Program-made: the position numbers and the translations under genes
Part shown: piece after piece, positions 47,470-60,512 of the stretch
How the letters are laid out: the number at the start of each line of letters is the position of its first letter
Numbering within the stretch: position 1 is the stretch's first letter
Notes under the pieces: generated by a model
Databases searched by the model: none
The model's input: only the letters and a program-made list of their open reading frames with translations
Told to the model about the DNA's origin: nothing
Assembly: GCF_964188315.1 (NCBI RefSeq)
Contig: NC_135667.1
Location: 13,144,001-13,208,000 of the forward strand
Direction: 5' to 3'
DNA from: Podarcis muralis
Taxonomy: Eukaryota
Length of the DNA stretch: 64,000 nt

Positions 47470-47801
47470 CCATACTTTTCCGTGTATAAGACTAGGCTTT
47501 TTTCTTTAAAAATTATGCTAAAAAGTGGGGGTCTCATACATGGGTAGTGCATAGGACGGACATTTGATTGGTTTCTCCCGTGGCTGTCGGCGGCTATTGG
47601 GCATGTCATTGGTTGCTGCGTCAATGACTGGTGTTGATTGGCTGACGCTGTGGCAATTGGGCAGCATCTGGCGGAATTGGGGACAGACGAGAGGTGGATT
47701 TTGTGACGTGTGCCACCTCCCCCCATTTTCTTAAATCTGAGTCCCCAAAAACAGGGGGCTTCTTATACATGGGGGCATCTTAAACACAGAAAAGTACGGT
47801 A
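47470..47801. mobile_element. Tc1/mariner (pogo/Tigger-type) non-autonomous element
   Basis: Imperfect TIRs catacttttccgtgtataagac / tcttaaacacagaaaagtacggta. Confidence 0.7.
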
Positions 47802-47970
47802 TATGAGAAACCAAGTTTTCCAGGAAGCTTACAGTAATAATAATAGTAATAAAAACCTAGAAGAGGAGAAATATATAATACAACATAAAATGGATTGCAG
47901 AAGCAAATAAAAAAAACCCCACAACTATCTCAACCTTGGAACAGAAAACATACATGGAATTGTAGTGGTG

Positions 47971-48029
<59 letters not shown>

Positions 48030-48031
<2 letters not shown>

Positions 48032-48630
48032 TTTTATTTATTTTATTTTCCAGATTAATATTTACATTCACATAATAACATAATATTTAAAAACAAGATT
48101 CCCAAGAATCCCTTGGACTTCCCTCCTCCCCTTTGTGAGTATTATTGTTAATACTTTCCTTCTGCATCTTTTATATTAATCCAAATTTGTGTATCTCCAT
48201 TATGTCCATAGTTCATTGTAACATTATGTTATTCCAATTCCACTAATGATTTTAACTGTTTACAATGGTTTTTAAGATAAATTATAAATTTCCCCCATTC
48301 CTTGTCTTCTTTCCAGCTCTGGGCTAATAACATCTGCACAGCCGTCAGTGCATACATAAATAATATTTTCTGCTTCCTTGAAATTTCTGCACATAACACA
48401 TATTTGATCCTGTTTTATACATTATTGCTAATTTACTCGGAGTTAGATACCATCGATACTTCATTTTCATATAATTTTCTTTCAAACGTACAACATGCTG
48501 TAAATTTAAAATCACATTTCCATAACTTCTCCCATGTTGCAAATTGCATATCATACTCAAAATCTTTCACCCAGTGTATCATTACAGATTTAACCTGTTC
48601 ATCTTTTGTAAACCATTCTAGTGAAGTGGT
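48030..48630 (-). mobile_element. L1 3' ORF2/UTR fragment
   Basis: EWFTKDEQVKSVMIHWVKD...WEKLWK parallels the L1 at 7060-7200; T-rich tail plus (ATT)n at the left. Confidence 0.82.
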
Positions 48631-49034
48631 ATTATTAATAACAATCATTTTGTTTGGCTACATTTGTATGAAACAAAGGATGGAGATAACTATAAACTAT
48701 CACATAACACTAAGAAAGCTGCTGAGCAAACCTATTTTAGTTACTTCTTGCAACTTTTGTAATTTTCCAGTATATTTGAGAAAGTGACTTGTGTGCTTGT
48801 CGTATGTCAACTTCTGTATAAATATTTTGCACTTACAATGTTCAGACCCTATGGCACAGGTGTACAAGGTTTCTCTCCTGATACGCATATCACAAAATAA
48901 AGTGATGCCCCAGCATATGCTTCAAATGATTCTCTCATGGTCTGATTTCCACAACGTGGTCATTTGTACACAGCTTCACCTTGAATGGTGAAGAAACCAT
49001 ACACAATACGAATGGGAGTCAGTTGCAAAGTCTG

Positions 49035-49973
49035 TCAGGGAGTCAATTTCTTTTGCTTCTTTCCCTTGAGCTTTTCTAATGCAACTTTGAAATCTTTGTT
49101 CCTCAGGGTATAAATGAAAGGGTTCAAGATGGGAGTGATGACAGTATAGAGAACGGAGATGGCTTTGTCCATGGGGAAGCTGTGGAAGGGATGGATGTAA
49201 ATGTAGATGCAAGGCCCAAAAATCAGGGTCACTACAGTGACATGGGAAGCACAGGTGGAGATAGCTTTGCTCCGGTTGGGTGCAGACCCTGATCTGAGCT
49301 TGGCCAGAAGGATGGAGTACGACACAAGCAACACCACAAAGCACATTAAAGTCACGAGGCCACTGTTGGATACCATGAGTAGCTCCACCACGAAGGTATT
49401 AGTACAAGCCAGTTTGACCACCTGTGGCACATCACAGTAGAAGTTGTCCAGCTTGTTGGGGCCACAAAAGGGCAACTGGGTAATAATGGCCACTTGGATG
49501 ATGGAGTGGACAAAGCCACCAGTCCAGGAGGCACACATCAGGCCACCACACACTGCCCCATTCATGATGACCATGTAGCGCAATGGGCAGAAGATGGCAA
49601 TGTAACGGTCATAGGCCATTATGACAAGAAGGAAGATCTTGATGCCGCCAATGAAGTGGAAGAAGAAGATCTGGCAAATGCAGCCCACATAAGAGATGGT
49701 GTTGGTCTTTGATAGGAAACCGGCCAACATTTTAGGAGCAGTTATGCTAGAGTAGCAGAAATCAAGGAATGAGAGGTTTCCTAAGAGGAAGTACATAGGG
49801 GTATGGAGGATAGGTGCATAAGCCACTAGGCTAACGATTAAGAGGTTGCCCAGCATGGTTGTGCCATATACAGCCAAGAAGAAAGCAAACAAGAGGACCT
49901 TCACTTCTGGCTTGCTGGTCAGCCCAAGAAATACAAACTCTCTCACAGTGGTGCTGTTCTCTGCTTCCATCAT
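49035..49973 (-). CDS. OR4D5: Olfactory receptor, OR4D5-like, 312 aa
   Basis: Intact ORF. GNLSFLDFCYSSITAP, FFFHFIGGIKIFLL, KLDNFYCDVPQ, GLVTLMCF and FPMDKAISVLYT match recalled OR4D5 motifs. Acceptor tattctttcag (AG 50002-50001). Confidence 0.92.
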   Translation of the reverse strand: MMEAENSTTVREFVFLGLTSKPEVKVLLFAFFLAVYGTTMLGNLLIVSLVAYAPILHTPMYFLLGNLSFLDFCYSSITAPKMLAGFLSKTNTISYVGCICQIFFFHFIGGIKIFLLVIMAYDRYIAIFCPLRYMVIMNGAVCGGLMCASWTGGFVHSIIQVAIITQLPFCGPNKLDNFYCDVPQVVKLACTNTFVVELLMVSNSGLVTLMCFVVLLVSYSILLAKLRSGSAPNRSKAISTCASHVTVVTLIFGPCIYIYIHPFHSFPMDKAISVLYTVITPILNPFIYTLRNKDFKVALEKLKGKKQKKLTP

Positions 49974-51049
49974 GTGTGTTGAGGCCCCACTGATGGGACT
50001 CTGAAAGAATACAGGATAGTTATCAATAAAAGCTATGGAAGAAAAAATTAAATAAAGAAAAATTGTTCTATTGATGTTTTATCACATTTTGATAGGACCA
50101 TGAGAAACTGCATTATATCAGTCCAGAGCATTGGACCATTCAGCTCAGTATTGTCCACATGGGATGGCAGTGGCTGTCCAGGGTTTCAGTTTGGGGCATT
50201 CTCAGTCCTACCTGGAGATGATGGGAATTGAACTTGGAACTTTCTGACTGCAGATACTCTACCACTGATCTATAGTTATAACTTGATAGAATTGGTTGGA
50301 TGTGTGTGTGTCAGGAAACAAGCATCACATTGTGGGCTGTATGCAGCTGGTGGTATTTCTGAGTACAGTGGAACCTTGGGTTACATACCATCCTCCTTAC
50401 AAATGCTTTGGGTAACGAGCTCCGCTTACCCGGAAGTAGGTCTCCTGGTAGCGAACTTTGCTCTGGGATGTGAGTGGAAGTCGTGCAGTGGCAGCAGAGG
50501 CCCCATTAGCAAAAGCACGCCTCAGGTTAAGAACGGTTTTGGATTAAGAACAGTCCTCCAGAATGAATTACCGTATGTTCATAACCAGAGGTACCACTGT
50601 ACTCGTTTTGCTCTCATTCTTAAAACATAGGAACTGCAACAAAATTGCAGTGGGCAGAGCTGCTATTTAGATCTCCAGTGTTTCTACTTCATTCCAACCC
50701 CTCTCCCATTTTATATTTCCCCATTTCATGTGGGCATTCCATGACAATGGTCAATTCTCACTGGGAAGCTTTGGAGACCGCTTCCCTTAGAATACTTTCC
50801 TTCAAAAATGTCCCGAATGCTTTGAAGTTACTCTGTGCCTTCTGGTACCTCCCTCTCATGAGTGGTGCTATTTTGGTTACATAAGCAATGACACTCACAG
50901 CCTGAACATTAAGGGTTGGGGAGGGTCAGGGCTCCATGGTAGAGCATCTGCTTTGCACCTTGAGCCACAAGGTGATACTGTGATTCAGTATAAGGCAGGT
51001 TGCTATACTCATATTGGAGACAGAGGGAAAGATAAATTTGCCCTGTGCC

Positions 51050-52850
51050 ACATCAGAGGCCACTCACAACGGATCCGGCCAGCTACAGACCTATCTGCCT
51101 CTTACCTATAGTTAGTAAATTATATGCAAAACACCTCCACAATAAGTTAATCAACTGGATTGATGTTGAGGCTATCCTTGCAGAAGAGCAAGCAGGATTC
51201 AGGCAAGGCAGATCTACTATAGACCATTGCTTTGTCCTAACCCACCTCATAGATAAGTATGCCAAGCAATCTCACGGTGTGCTATAAACTGCTTTCATTT
51301 ATTTGAAAGCTGCTTTTTACTCAATCTCACGAGTAAGACTATGGGCTAAACTGAACACCTCAAGCATAGACAAAAGATTATTATATCTGATTAACTGCCT
51401 TTATAAAGGCACTGTGCTGAAAGTGTGTTGCTTTACAAATGGCCAACTTACAGGATCTGTACCAGCCACAAAGGGAGTCAAGCAAGGATGCATTTTAGCT
51501 CCGGCACTCCTTAACCTATACATAAATGACATGGTCCAGTGCCTAACATCTCCAGATTTCCATGCCCCTAAACTGGCCTCAAAACCAATCTCTGTACTAT
51601 ATGCTGATGATGCGGTTCTCTCATCCCAAACAAAAATAGTCCTAAAAAGATTGATAAGAGAATTCTCAGTGTATTGCCAGAGAGAACACCTGGTCATAAA
51701 CTATCAGAAAACCAAAGTTATGGTTTTCTCAAGAAAATATAGGCCCCACAGTTGGTGTATGGACAATCAGCCAATCAAACAGGTCAAAGCTTTCAAATAT
51801 TTTGGCCTTATCTTCCAGCCTACGGGGTCATGGGGAGCACACCAAAAATGTGCAAAAGAAAAAGCATCCCAAAGTGCCAAGACTTTGACTTGCTTTTTCC
51901 ATACAAAGGGTGGCAAACATATACCATCAGCCCTAGAAGTCTTCCAGGCTAAACCCCTAGCACAGCTACTATACAGGGCTCAGATTTGGACTGGTAACCA
52001 CCTTAGCACTTTGGAAGCTGTTCAATCAAAGTTTCTAAGGCAGATTTTTTTTCTGTACCGCCATGCGTCGCAAACGCATCATTGAGACTGGAGGCAAGTA
52101 CAGACTTGGCAAAGAACTCTTAACTTCTGGCTCCGCCTAAACTCAAATCCCCTAGGTTTACTATCCCTAGTACTTCAAGACTCCCATAAAAGTGCCTGGC
52201 TTAAAACCATCTATACAAAACTTCACTCTTGTGGCCTATCCCCACAACACCTACTCACTATGGGCCCTACTAAAGCAAACAGTCTACCTGGTCAATGTCC
52301 AAAAAATATCGAGCATCAGAATAACCTGGCCACTAGAAGGAAAATCTGCCCTTGGTATGTTCATTTTCCACCTCTCCATTTTGATTCCCTGCACAAATGT
52401 GTTATCCCAAAATACAGGTGTGCTTTTACACTTGCAAACTGGATGTTTTGCCGCCTGCAGTACTTGAGGGTCGATTCCAAAAGATTCCGCCTGAGAAATG
52501 TCTTTGCCCCTGTGGAGATGGTAGCACCGAAATAGCGGCACACATCCTCCTGTCTTGTACTCTCTGCAAAGACCTGAGGAACGAAATCATCACCCTACTT
52601 GTAGAAACCATTCCAGGGCGCGCAGCCACTGCCACAATGTCCTTTCTTCTATCAGATCAAAATGAGCAGATAACAGCAAAGGTGGCTAGGTTCACAGCAG
52701 GGGCAATCAGAATAAGGGCCACTAACTGACGGCTGATTCAGGACTTTAAATTGTGCTCTTATATCAAACTTCCTTTTCTGCATATACTGTAATGTTTTAC
52801 GGTTGCTATGGCCATTGGCTAATGCGAATAAAGTTTTATCTTATCTTTAA
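51050..52850 (+). mobile_element. Degenerate non-LTR retrotransposon related to the 15336-18254 element
   Basis: DPASYRPICLL, EEQAGFR, GVKQGCILAP, LYADD, CPCG...HILLSC motifs; AATAAA tail at about 52827. Confidence 0.85.
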
Positions 52851-53451
52851 AAAAAATTTGAAAAATTTGAAGGGTGGAGCTAAGGTTGCTGTTGTTTTTC
52901 TTTTAAAACAAAGAAAAAGGGTGAACTTCTGCCTACACCTCTGCATCATGACTATATTGATTATAAATAGCAATTTGATTGACAGATAAGATACATAGCA
53001 AGCATTTGTAAAGCCTCTACAGTGGTACTTCGGGTTACAGACGCTTCAGGTTACAGACTCTGCTAACCCAGAAATAGTATCTTGGGTTAAGAACTTTGCT
53101 TCAGGATGAGAACGAAAATTGCGTGGTGGTGGTGCGGCAGCAGCGGGAGGTCCCATTAGCTAAAGTGGTACCTCAGGTTAAGAACAGTTTCAGGTTAAGA
53201 ATGGACCTCCGGAACGAATTAAGTTCTTAACCCGAGGTACCACTGTAGTTATGTAATGTTATTGTTGATTTTATGCTATTATGCCGTGATTTTTTCTTCA
53301 TCTTGGAAGTATAGAATAATTGCAAAAAAATACACAAACTACTTGACTTCATCAGGTTTCACCTTGCCATGCTGTTTTTGACCCTGATGTCCATTCAACA
53401 AAGTATTGTTTTACATCAGAGATGGGCTAACACCTATCTTATATGACACAG

Positions 53452-53499
<48 letters not shown>

Positions 53500-55498
53500 C
53501 TCCCACCTACATATTTTAAGTCTACAAAACAAGAGTGCTTACTCAGGTTCTCTTCACTAGCTGCTTCAGGTCAAGGTCTACCAAGGCAATAATTCTATCC
53601 AACAGCCTCATCAACTAGCACAGCCATTAGAAATGCTGTAGTAAGACATGGGAATGTCTTAATTGACTTTGATTTGCAGGCATTTACCTCCATTGTCCTA
53701 GTGGTCTTCAGTCTAACTTGCAGCTTCATTTAGGAGTGTGGAGCTGTTACATTTCCTGGTCCCACCACACAGAGACTCCACCAAGATGGAATATGTTTGT
53801 GGCTGCTGATATATCACTTCTGAAGGCAAAGGAAACAAGTATAAGCACAATGAATGAATAGTTCATGAGAAGTTAGTGACACCATATCCCAGAGCTTTGT
53901 TGCAAAGGGAATTATTAATTTGTGACTGTGCGGTGCTCATTTGCAGACAGGAGGTGAAAGAAACTTCATGTCCTCAAGAGGGTAAGGAGACAGGGAGGGT
54001 GCATTATTCTGTGTGTCAGAAAGCTCAGTTTCTGCACATGTACAAGATTTTTGCATCATCCTAAACCACCATAGTTGTCAATGGAGACAATTTGTACCTT
54101 GAGTGATGAGAAACATTCTAAAGTCAAATAACATATTTTGCTAAAAGGAAAACATGGAATATGTTTGGTTCTTTTTTAAGTATTCAGGGACTTTTTTTTT
54201 ATTGGGACCACAATGTGCAGGGAGGGAAGGTTTAACACTCCTCTCGCCACCCGTGATCCCTCTGCAATGAAGCAGTTGCCCTTAATGAACAAGCTCTCAT
54301 TGTCTCCCCAGTGCCAGGTTATATGTCTTTCTTTGGGAAGGGCATTCCAAAAACTGCACCACCACAAAGGAGGCCCTTTCCCTGGTTTACCAACTGCATA
54401 AGGTCCAAAGAGGTATATATAGGAGGAGGTGTTCCTTCAGGTCTCCTGGTGCCAAGCCATTTAGGTCTTTTAATATTAAGTATTGGACTTTGAATTGGAG
54501 CCCAGCATTTTTATTATCAGACATGCAACAGAGAGAATGACCATCTTACTGGTTTTTGGACTTCCAGGACCACGTGAATGGATGTGATTAAGAACGTAAG
54601 AGCAATTCTACTAGATTGAACCAAAGGCCCATCTAGTCCACTCTATTTTCCCTTGGTGATTACAAACAGGACATGAAGCCAATAACCCTCTTGCTGCTGT
54701 TTACCCACAGCCACTGGCCATTCTGACAGTGGGGGCAAACCTGTGATACATCAACTCACACCTCTGAATAGTTAACATGAACACTGTTGATACTTCACAA
54801 ATCTAATGATTCATTGGACTCTAGCCTTACAGCGGGGATGGAAAACTTGCGGCCCTCCATGTGGACCCCAACTGCCATTATCCTCAGGTAGTGTAGACAA
54901 TGGTCAGGGATGATGGGAGTTGGAGTCCAACAAAATCTGGTGGTCCACAGGTTCCTCTTCCCAAAGGTGATCAACAATGTGAGCAATGTAACATATGCTT
55001 CCAGAAATGGTCACCTCCTCTCTGGTTCCATCCAAGGACATTAAGGTACAATTGAGTGAAACTGAGCAAAAGTGACCCTCCTGTCACTTCTAAGAGAAGA
55101 GATGCAGGACACTTAGACAAACATGTTTTCTTACGCAGTGTGCCTCTGGAGAGAAGATTGTGAATCCTGTAATTATCTGAATGTACTCCCCATCTTGTTC
55201 ACTCCCCATCTTGGCAGTTCTCACCAGACTTTGGAGAGATCATAGTCAACATCAATAACCAACCCTGAAGGCTTATATAAAATGCCCTTTTGCCATACAG
55301 AATTGGGTGGGGAGGGACTCTGGACGTTTTTTCTCCATGCTTTATAGTTTGTGGGCAAAGTCCTTTGATAGTTTTCCATGTGATTTTCCACCCAGAAGGT
55401 GAAATGATTAGCCCAGGTGCAGGTTTGCTACCTCAGTGACATTTGTGTTGGAAACACAAACAGGATTATTGTCAGGAGAAAGGGGTTTGCCCCCCAGA

Positions 55499-55716
55499 AT
55501 GCTTGGGCTCTTCCTGTTTCTTCTAGTTATTCAGCCTCAAAGATACAGTAAGGCAAATCTGTTGATGTGCACTTTTGACAATCCAGTCCATATCCAGCAT
55601 CAGTATTATCAGCCGAGTAGCTTCATCATTGGTGGAATTGCTTCTCAACTCTTATTCTTCTCAGATAGCATAATATTCAATGGACCACCCCAAATGAAGC
55701 AGATAGAGGGATTTGC
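55499..55716 (+). CDS. Vomeronasal type-2 receptor (V2R, class C GPCR), exon 1 (signal peptide and start of ectodomain)
   Basis: MLGLFLFLLVIQPQ hydrophobic leader, YYQPSSFIIGGI motif, donor GC|gtaagt at 55717, phase 2. Confidence 0.85.
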
Positions 55717-56128
55717 GTAAGTAAAGGCACTTGGAGACAGCAGTTCTTTGGGAGTGGGACTAAATTACATCCTGAGGTCTTTGGTGCAGACACTGCTAGT
55801 GTTTTATCCATGGTTTTGCAGAAGCAGTGTAATCAATATTGTAGACCCAGTTCTATGGAACTTTTTTGCTGAAATTAGATTCCTTCCCCAGTGAAGACTT
55901 TAAATAATAAGTAAATAATCAGTGGGCATTTTAATATCACTTTTTATGGTTACTTTTCATTGATTTCATTTCATTTTGTAACCTTATTGTACACTGCTCA
56001 GAAATTACAGCGTTAAGCAGTATCAAAAAGACTGCTCGTTTTGGTAATGGCAGTTTCTACCTTTGTCTTTTCTTCTTTAGGGGCTCACAGAGAAGAGAGC
56101 AAAAATTGACATGTGATTCTTCTTGCAG

Positions 56129-56420
56129 ATCAGTCCTAAAGAACTACCAGCATGTCCTCTCCTTGGTGTTTGCTGTGAAGGAGATCAGTGAGAACTCTGA
56201 GCTCTTACCCAACATCACTTTGGGTTTCCATGTCTATGAGAACTACTTTGATGCAAAGATAACTTACCAGAATACCTTGAAGCTTCTCTGCGGTCAGGAT
56301 AAGATTGTGCCCAACTACACCTGTGACACTGAGAAAAAGATGGTAACCATCATTGGGGGGCTGGACTTGGAAACATCCCTCCACATAGCCACTATCTTAG
56401 GCACTTACAAGACTCCACAG
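56129..56420 (+). CDS. V2R exon 2 (292 nt)
   Basis: Acceptor tcttgcag. KNYQHVLSLVFAVKEI, LLPNITLGFHVYENY, PNYTCD, IIGGL and YKTPQ motifs; donor gtaggt at 56421. The frame joins exon 1 correctly. Confidence 0.92.
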
Positions 56421-56508
56421 GTAGGTTGCATGCATGGTATATTGGGGATTCATCACTATCTTAAGTTAGGTTTATTAAATTTATACAGCACTTCCCACTA
56501 AAAGAAAG

Positions 56509-57007
56509 TGTCAGGGATTGGACTGAGGGGGACTGGACCAAGGAGGAGTGGTGGAGATCGCTCCCCCTTCTCTTGAACCTTCCAGAGAAGAGGAAGGCAG
56601 TATTGATTTACAGCAGTGGTTTGAGGAAGGTCACAGATCAGAGACAGGTGAACAGAAGAGTTGGGAGGTGTTGGGAGAAGATAAGGGGGAGACAGAAACA
56701 GAGCAGCCAGCTGATACATTATCACTTGGAAAGCATTCCTGAGCCCCCTTCTCCCATAACCTGAGCCCCCTTCTCCCATAACCTGGCATGCACTGAAAGC
56801 CCCTGTTGGCCACCGCAATGGTAAGTGCTGTTGCTAAGAAGTGAGGGGGGAGGAGCTCAGTTGGAGCAATGTCATTAACCTAAGAGTCAGCATACCTATG
56901 CCTCTTGCTGTGAATACTGAATAAAGACTCGGTCAGAGCTTCTTTGTCTACTTTCCTTGGCTGTCTCCCATGAGTGGGGGAAGATCAGAATTCACTGAAC
57001 TCTGACA
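56509..57007 (+). mobile_element. Solo LTR (about 499 bp) in V2R intron 2
   Basis: TGTCAG...CTGACA inverted termini, 5-bp TSD gaaag (56504-08, 57008-12), AATAAA at 56920-25, internal 22-bp tandem duplication 56738-56781. Confidence 0.85.
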
Positions 57008-57874
57008 GAAAGGACCAAAGTGATTTACAGCTAGACTACAAATGCAACAATAAGACATGAACAAAAACTATTCAAAAATGGTATGTGCTGTCCAAATGAC
57101 TCTGGCAATGCCTCTTCTTTGCCTGGATGGAGGACAAAGGAGTGTGTGAAGAATGTAGACGATTTTACAAAGATAAATTGTTGGAGGTGGTGATGTTTCG
57201 TTTCATTTATGAATAGCTTCCTACAAAGCATCTCCAAGTGATTCCACAATACAATAAAACACATATCAAGTAATTGCATTTATAAACCCAATGACATATA
57301 TGAATATATATCATTGCTTCTCACACTTTTGCTTCTCGATCCACCCCTCACTGGTATGTGGCCCATGGAACTTTGCCCAGAAGGCAATATGGACCTTTTG
57401 TGCTGTACAAGTTTCCCAGCCCCCTGCCTTAAGTGAATGAACTTGAGATGCAGCTCTGGAGAATCCCTCTAAGGATTTCTGAGGTTTCCCCTTTCCTGTA
57501 CAGTGGTACCTCAGGTTAAGTACTTAATTCGCTACGGAGGTCCGTACTTAACCTGAAACTGTTCTTAACCTGAAGCACCACTTTAGCTAATGGGGCCTCC
57601 TGCTGCTGCCACACCGCTGGAGCACTGTTCTCAACCTGAAGCAAAGTTCTTAACCTGAAGCACTATTTCTGGGTTAGCGGAGTATGTAACCTGAAGTGTA
57701 TATAACCTGAGGTACCACTGTATTTCAGTCATAAAGAAAGTGGAAACATTTCAATTCCAGCAGGCTTTTAATGTGAGATTTTGCCTAGTCTAGTGAAGAT
57801 GAGTGTGTGATGATGAGTGTGAAACAATCTCTAACCCAGCTGAAAACACACACTCTGCTCCTTGTTTTTCTTAG

Positions 57875-58732
57875 GTCACTTATAGCTTATTTGCTCCAAC
57901 AGTGAATGATCGAGCCAAGCTTCCTTTCTTATACCAAATGGTCCCCAATGAAGCATATCAGTATGAAGGGATCGTGCAACTACTTCTGCACTTCCAGTGG
58001 AACTGGGTCGGGCTCATTGCGACGGCTGACGATAAAGGTGAAACTTTTTTGCAGAACTTGATAGCAAAACTTTCCCTGAATGGCATCTGCACTGCCTTGA
58101 CTTACAGAATACCCATCATGAAATACTTTTCAGACATGGTGAACGACTTTGATATCACAAAGAATGAGATCTTTTTCTTAAGTAAGACCACCACATTCAG
58201 TGTCTTTATTGTAAATGCAGACATTCAGACCATGCTTGGGTTGAACTGCTATTTATCTCTTGAGACATATATGGGAGGTGTGTATGCTGGCAAGGTGTGG
58301 ATTATGACTGCCCACTGGAGTTTTGAATTACAGACATTTCAAAGGGCATTTGACACAGATCTGTTCCATGGTGCCTTGTCTTTAGCAATTCACTCCAGTG
58401 AGGTGACTGAATTTCAACATTTCCTTCAAAGTCTAAATCCCCACTCAACAAGAAGAGATACTCTTACTAGAGTCTTCTGGGAGCAGGCATTCAGCTGTTT
58501 ACTTTCAGGTTCTGGAGAAGAGGATATGGAGGTACACTGCACAGGGGAGGAACAACTGGAGAACCTTCCTGGGCCTTTATTTGAAATGAGCATGACTGGC
58601 CAGAGCTACAGCATCTATAATGCTGTGTATGCCATAGCACATGCTTTGCATTCCATGCACTCCTCAAGATCCAAATGTAGAGCAGTGACCAATGGAGCTA
58701 TGATGGAGTCTGAAATCCTGCATACATGGCAG
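57875..58732 (+). CDS. V2R exon 3 (858 nt, Venus-flytrap domain)
   Basis: Acceptor tttttcttag. PFLYQMVPNE, LLHFQWNWVGLI, FWEQAFSC, CTGEEQLE and YSIYNAVYAIAHALH motifs; donor gtaatt at 58733. No stops. Confidence 0.93.
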
Positions 58733-58798
58733 GTAATTAATGTCCTCCAAAATAGCTACACCATTTTGGATGTGAACATTTATTTATTTATAAAAGTA

Positions 58799-59286
58799 NN
58801 NNNNNNNNNNNNNNNNNNNNNNNNNNNNNNNNNNNNNNNNNNNNNNNNNNNNNNNNNNNNNNNNNNNNNNNNNNNNNNNNNNNNNNNNNNNNNNNNNNNN
58901 NNNNNNNNNNNNNNNNNNNNNNNNNNNNNNNNNNNNNNNNNNNNNNNNNNNNNNNNNNNNNNNNNNNNNNNNNNNNNNNNNNNNNNNNNNNNNNNNNNNN
59001 NNNNNNNNNNNNNNNNNNNNNNNNNNNNNNNNNNNNNNNNNNNNNNNNNNNNNNNNNNNNNNNNNNNNNNNNNNNNNNNNNNNNNNNNNNNNNNNNNNNN
59101 NNNNNNNNNNNNNNNNNNNNNNNNNNNNNNNNNNNNNNNNNNNNNNNNNNNNNNNNNNNNNNNNNNNNNNNNNNNNNNNNNNNNNNNNNNNNNNNNNNNN
59201 NNNNNNNNNNNNNNNNNNNNNNNNNNNNNNNNNNNNNNNNNNNNNNNNNNNNNNNNNNNNNNNNNNNNNNNNNNNNNNNNNNNNNN
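58799..59286. other. Assembly gap (488 N) in V2R intron 3
   Basis: Run of N. Confidence 1.
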
Positions 59287-59376
59287 TGTTAGGTTTACAG
59301 CATTATACCATGTGAGGTTTTGTACAATCAAGCAGTATATAAATTTCATTAAATATATAAATACATAAATAACATA

Positions 59377-59724
59377 AAGGTAAAGGGACCCCTGACCATT
59401 AGGTCCAGTCGTGGCCGACTCTGGGGTTGCGGCGCTCATCTCGCTTTATTGGCCAAGGGAGCCGGCGTACAGCTTCCGGGTCATGTGGCCAGCATGACTA
59501 AGCCGCTTCTGGCGAACCAGAGCAGCACATGGAAACGGCGTTTACCTTCCCGCCAGAGCGGTGCCTATTTATCTACTTGCACTTTGACGTGCTTTCAAAC
59601 TGCTAGGTGGGCAGGAGCAGGGACCGAGCAATGGGAGCTCAACCCGTTGTGGGGATTCGAACCACCGACCTTCTGATTGGCAAGTCCTAGGCTCTGTGGT
59701 TTAACCCACAGCGCCACCCGCGTC
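59377..59724 (-). mobile_element. Sauria SINE in V2R intron 3
   Basis: TSD acataaataacata (59363-76, 59725-38). Confidence 0.95.
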
Positions 59725-59769
59725 ACATAAATAACATAGATAAGGTTAAAACTAGAATCAAATGGCTGC

Positions 59770-60215
59770 AAAGCCCTCTCAGCCTAAAAAGATCTTCAAG
59801 AGGTGCCTGAAACTCCAAAGTGAGAGTGCCTGCTTGATCACAGCTGGAAGAGTGTTCTGCAGATGGGACTGGTGACAGTAAATGCTCAACTTCTAGTTAA
59901 GATCAGTCGGGCCAGTGTAACACAGAGAAGACTCAACAGTGCTCCTCAGGATTATCTCAGTTGGTATATAAGGACACAAGAGGTCCTCAAGGTATCCAGG
60001 GTCCAAGTAGTTCAGAGCTTTGTATATCAACCCAAAACCTTGAATATGGCTTGAAAACCTATTGACAGCCAGTGTAGATGATCTAGCAGATGTCTGCCCC
60101 ATCAGCAGCCTCAGCTGTTGGATCCTGCAAAAGCTGGAGCTTCTGAACGAGGCCCAAGGGCAGCTCCACAGAGACAGCATTCTAGTAATCCAGTCATGAA
60201 GTGGTATCACATGAC
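59770..60215 (-). mobile_element. Old L2 fragment in V2R intron 3
   Basis: Degenerate similarity to the L2 C-terminal region seen at 3146-3805. Confidence 0.6.
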
Positions 60216-60287
60216 AAGTAGGGAAGTGTGTCCCACATGCCCTTTTCCATTAACATCTATATTTTGCCTTCTTCACTTTCATTCTAG

Positions 60288-60512
60288 CTTCACCCTTTCC
60301 TTCAGACAATCTCATTTAATAACAGTGCTGGGGACACAATATCTTTCAATGAGAATGGTGTGTTGACCGCTGGCTTTGATATTATAAACTGGGTTACTTT
60401 CCCAAACAAATCTTTTAAAAGAGTGAAGGTAGGAAAGATGGATTCCCAAGCACCAGGCAGAGAGTTCACTATTAATGAGGATATTATCACCTGGCACAGC
60501 GCGTATAATCAG
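60288..60512 (+). CDS. V2R exon 4 (225 nt)
   Basis: Acceptor ttcattctag. Translates LHPFLQTISFNNSAGDTISFNENG...FDIINWVTFPN...VKVG...ITWHSAYNQ; donor gtagga at 60513. Confidence 0.9.

Noticed and set aside
57902-59368. 488-aa ORF
   Set aside because: V2R exon 3 read through an intron and an N gap; the real exon ends at 58732.
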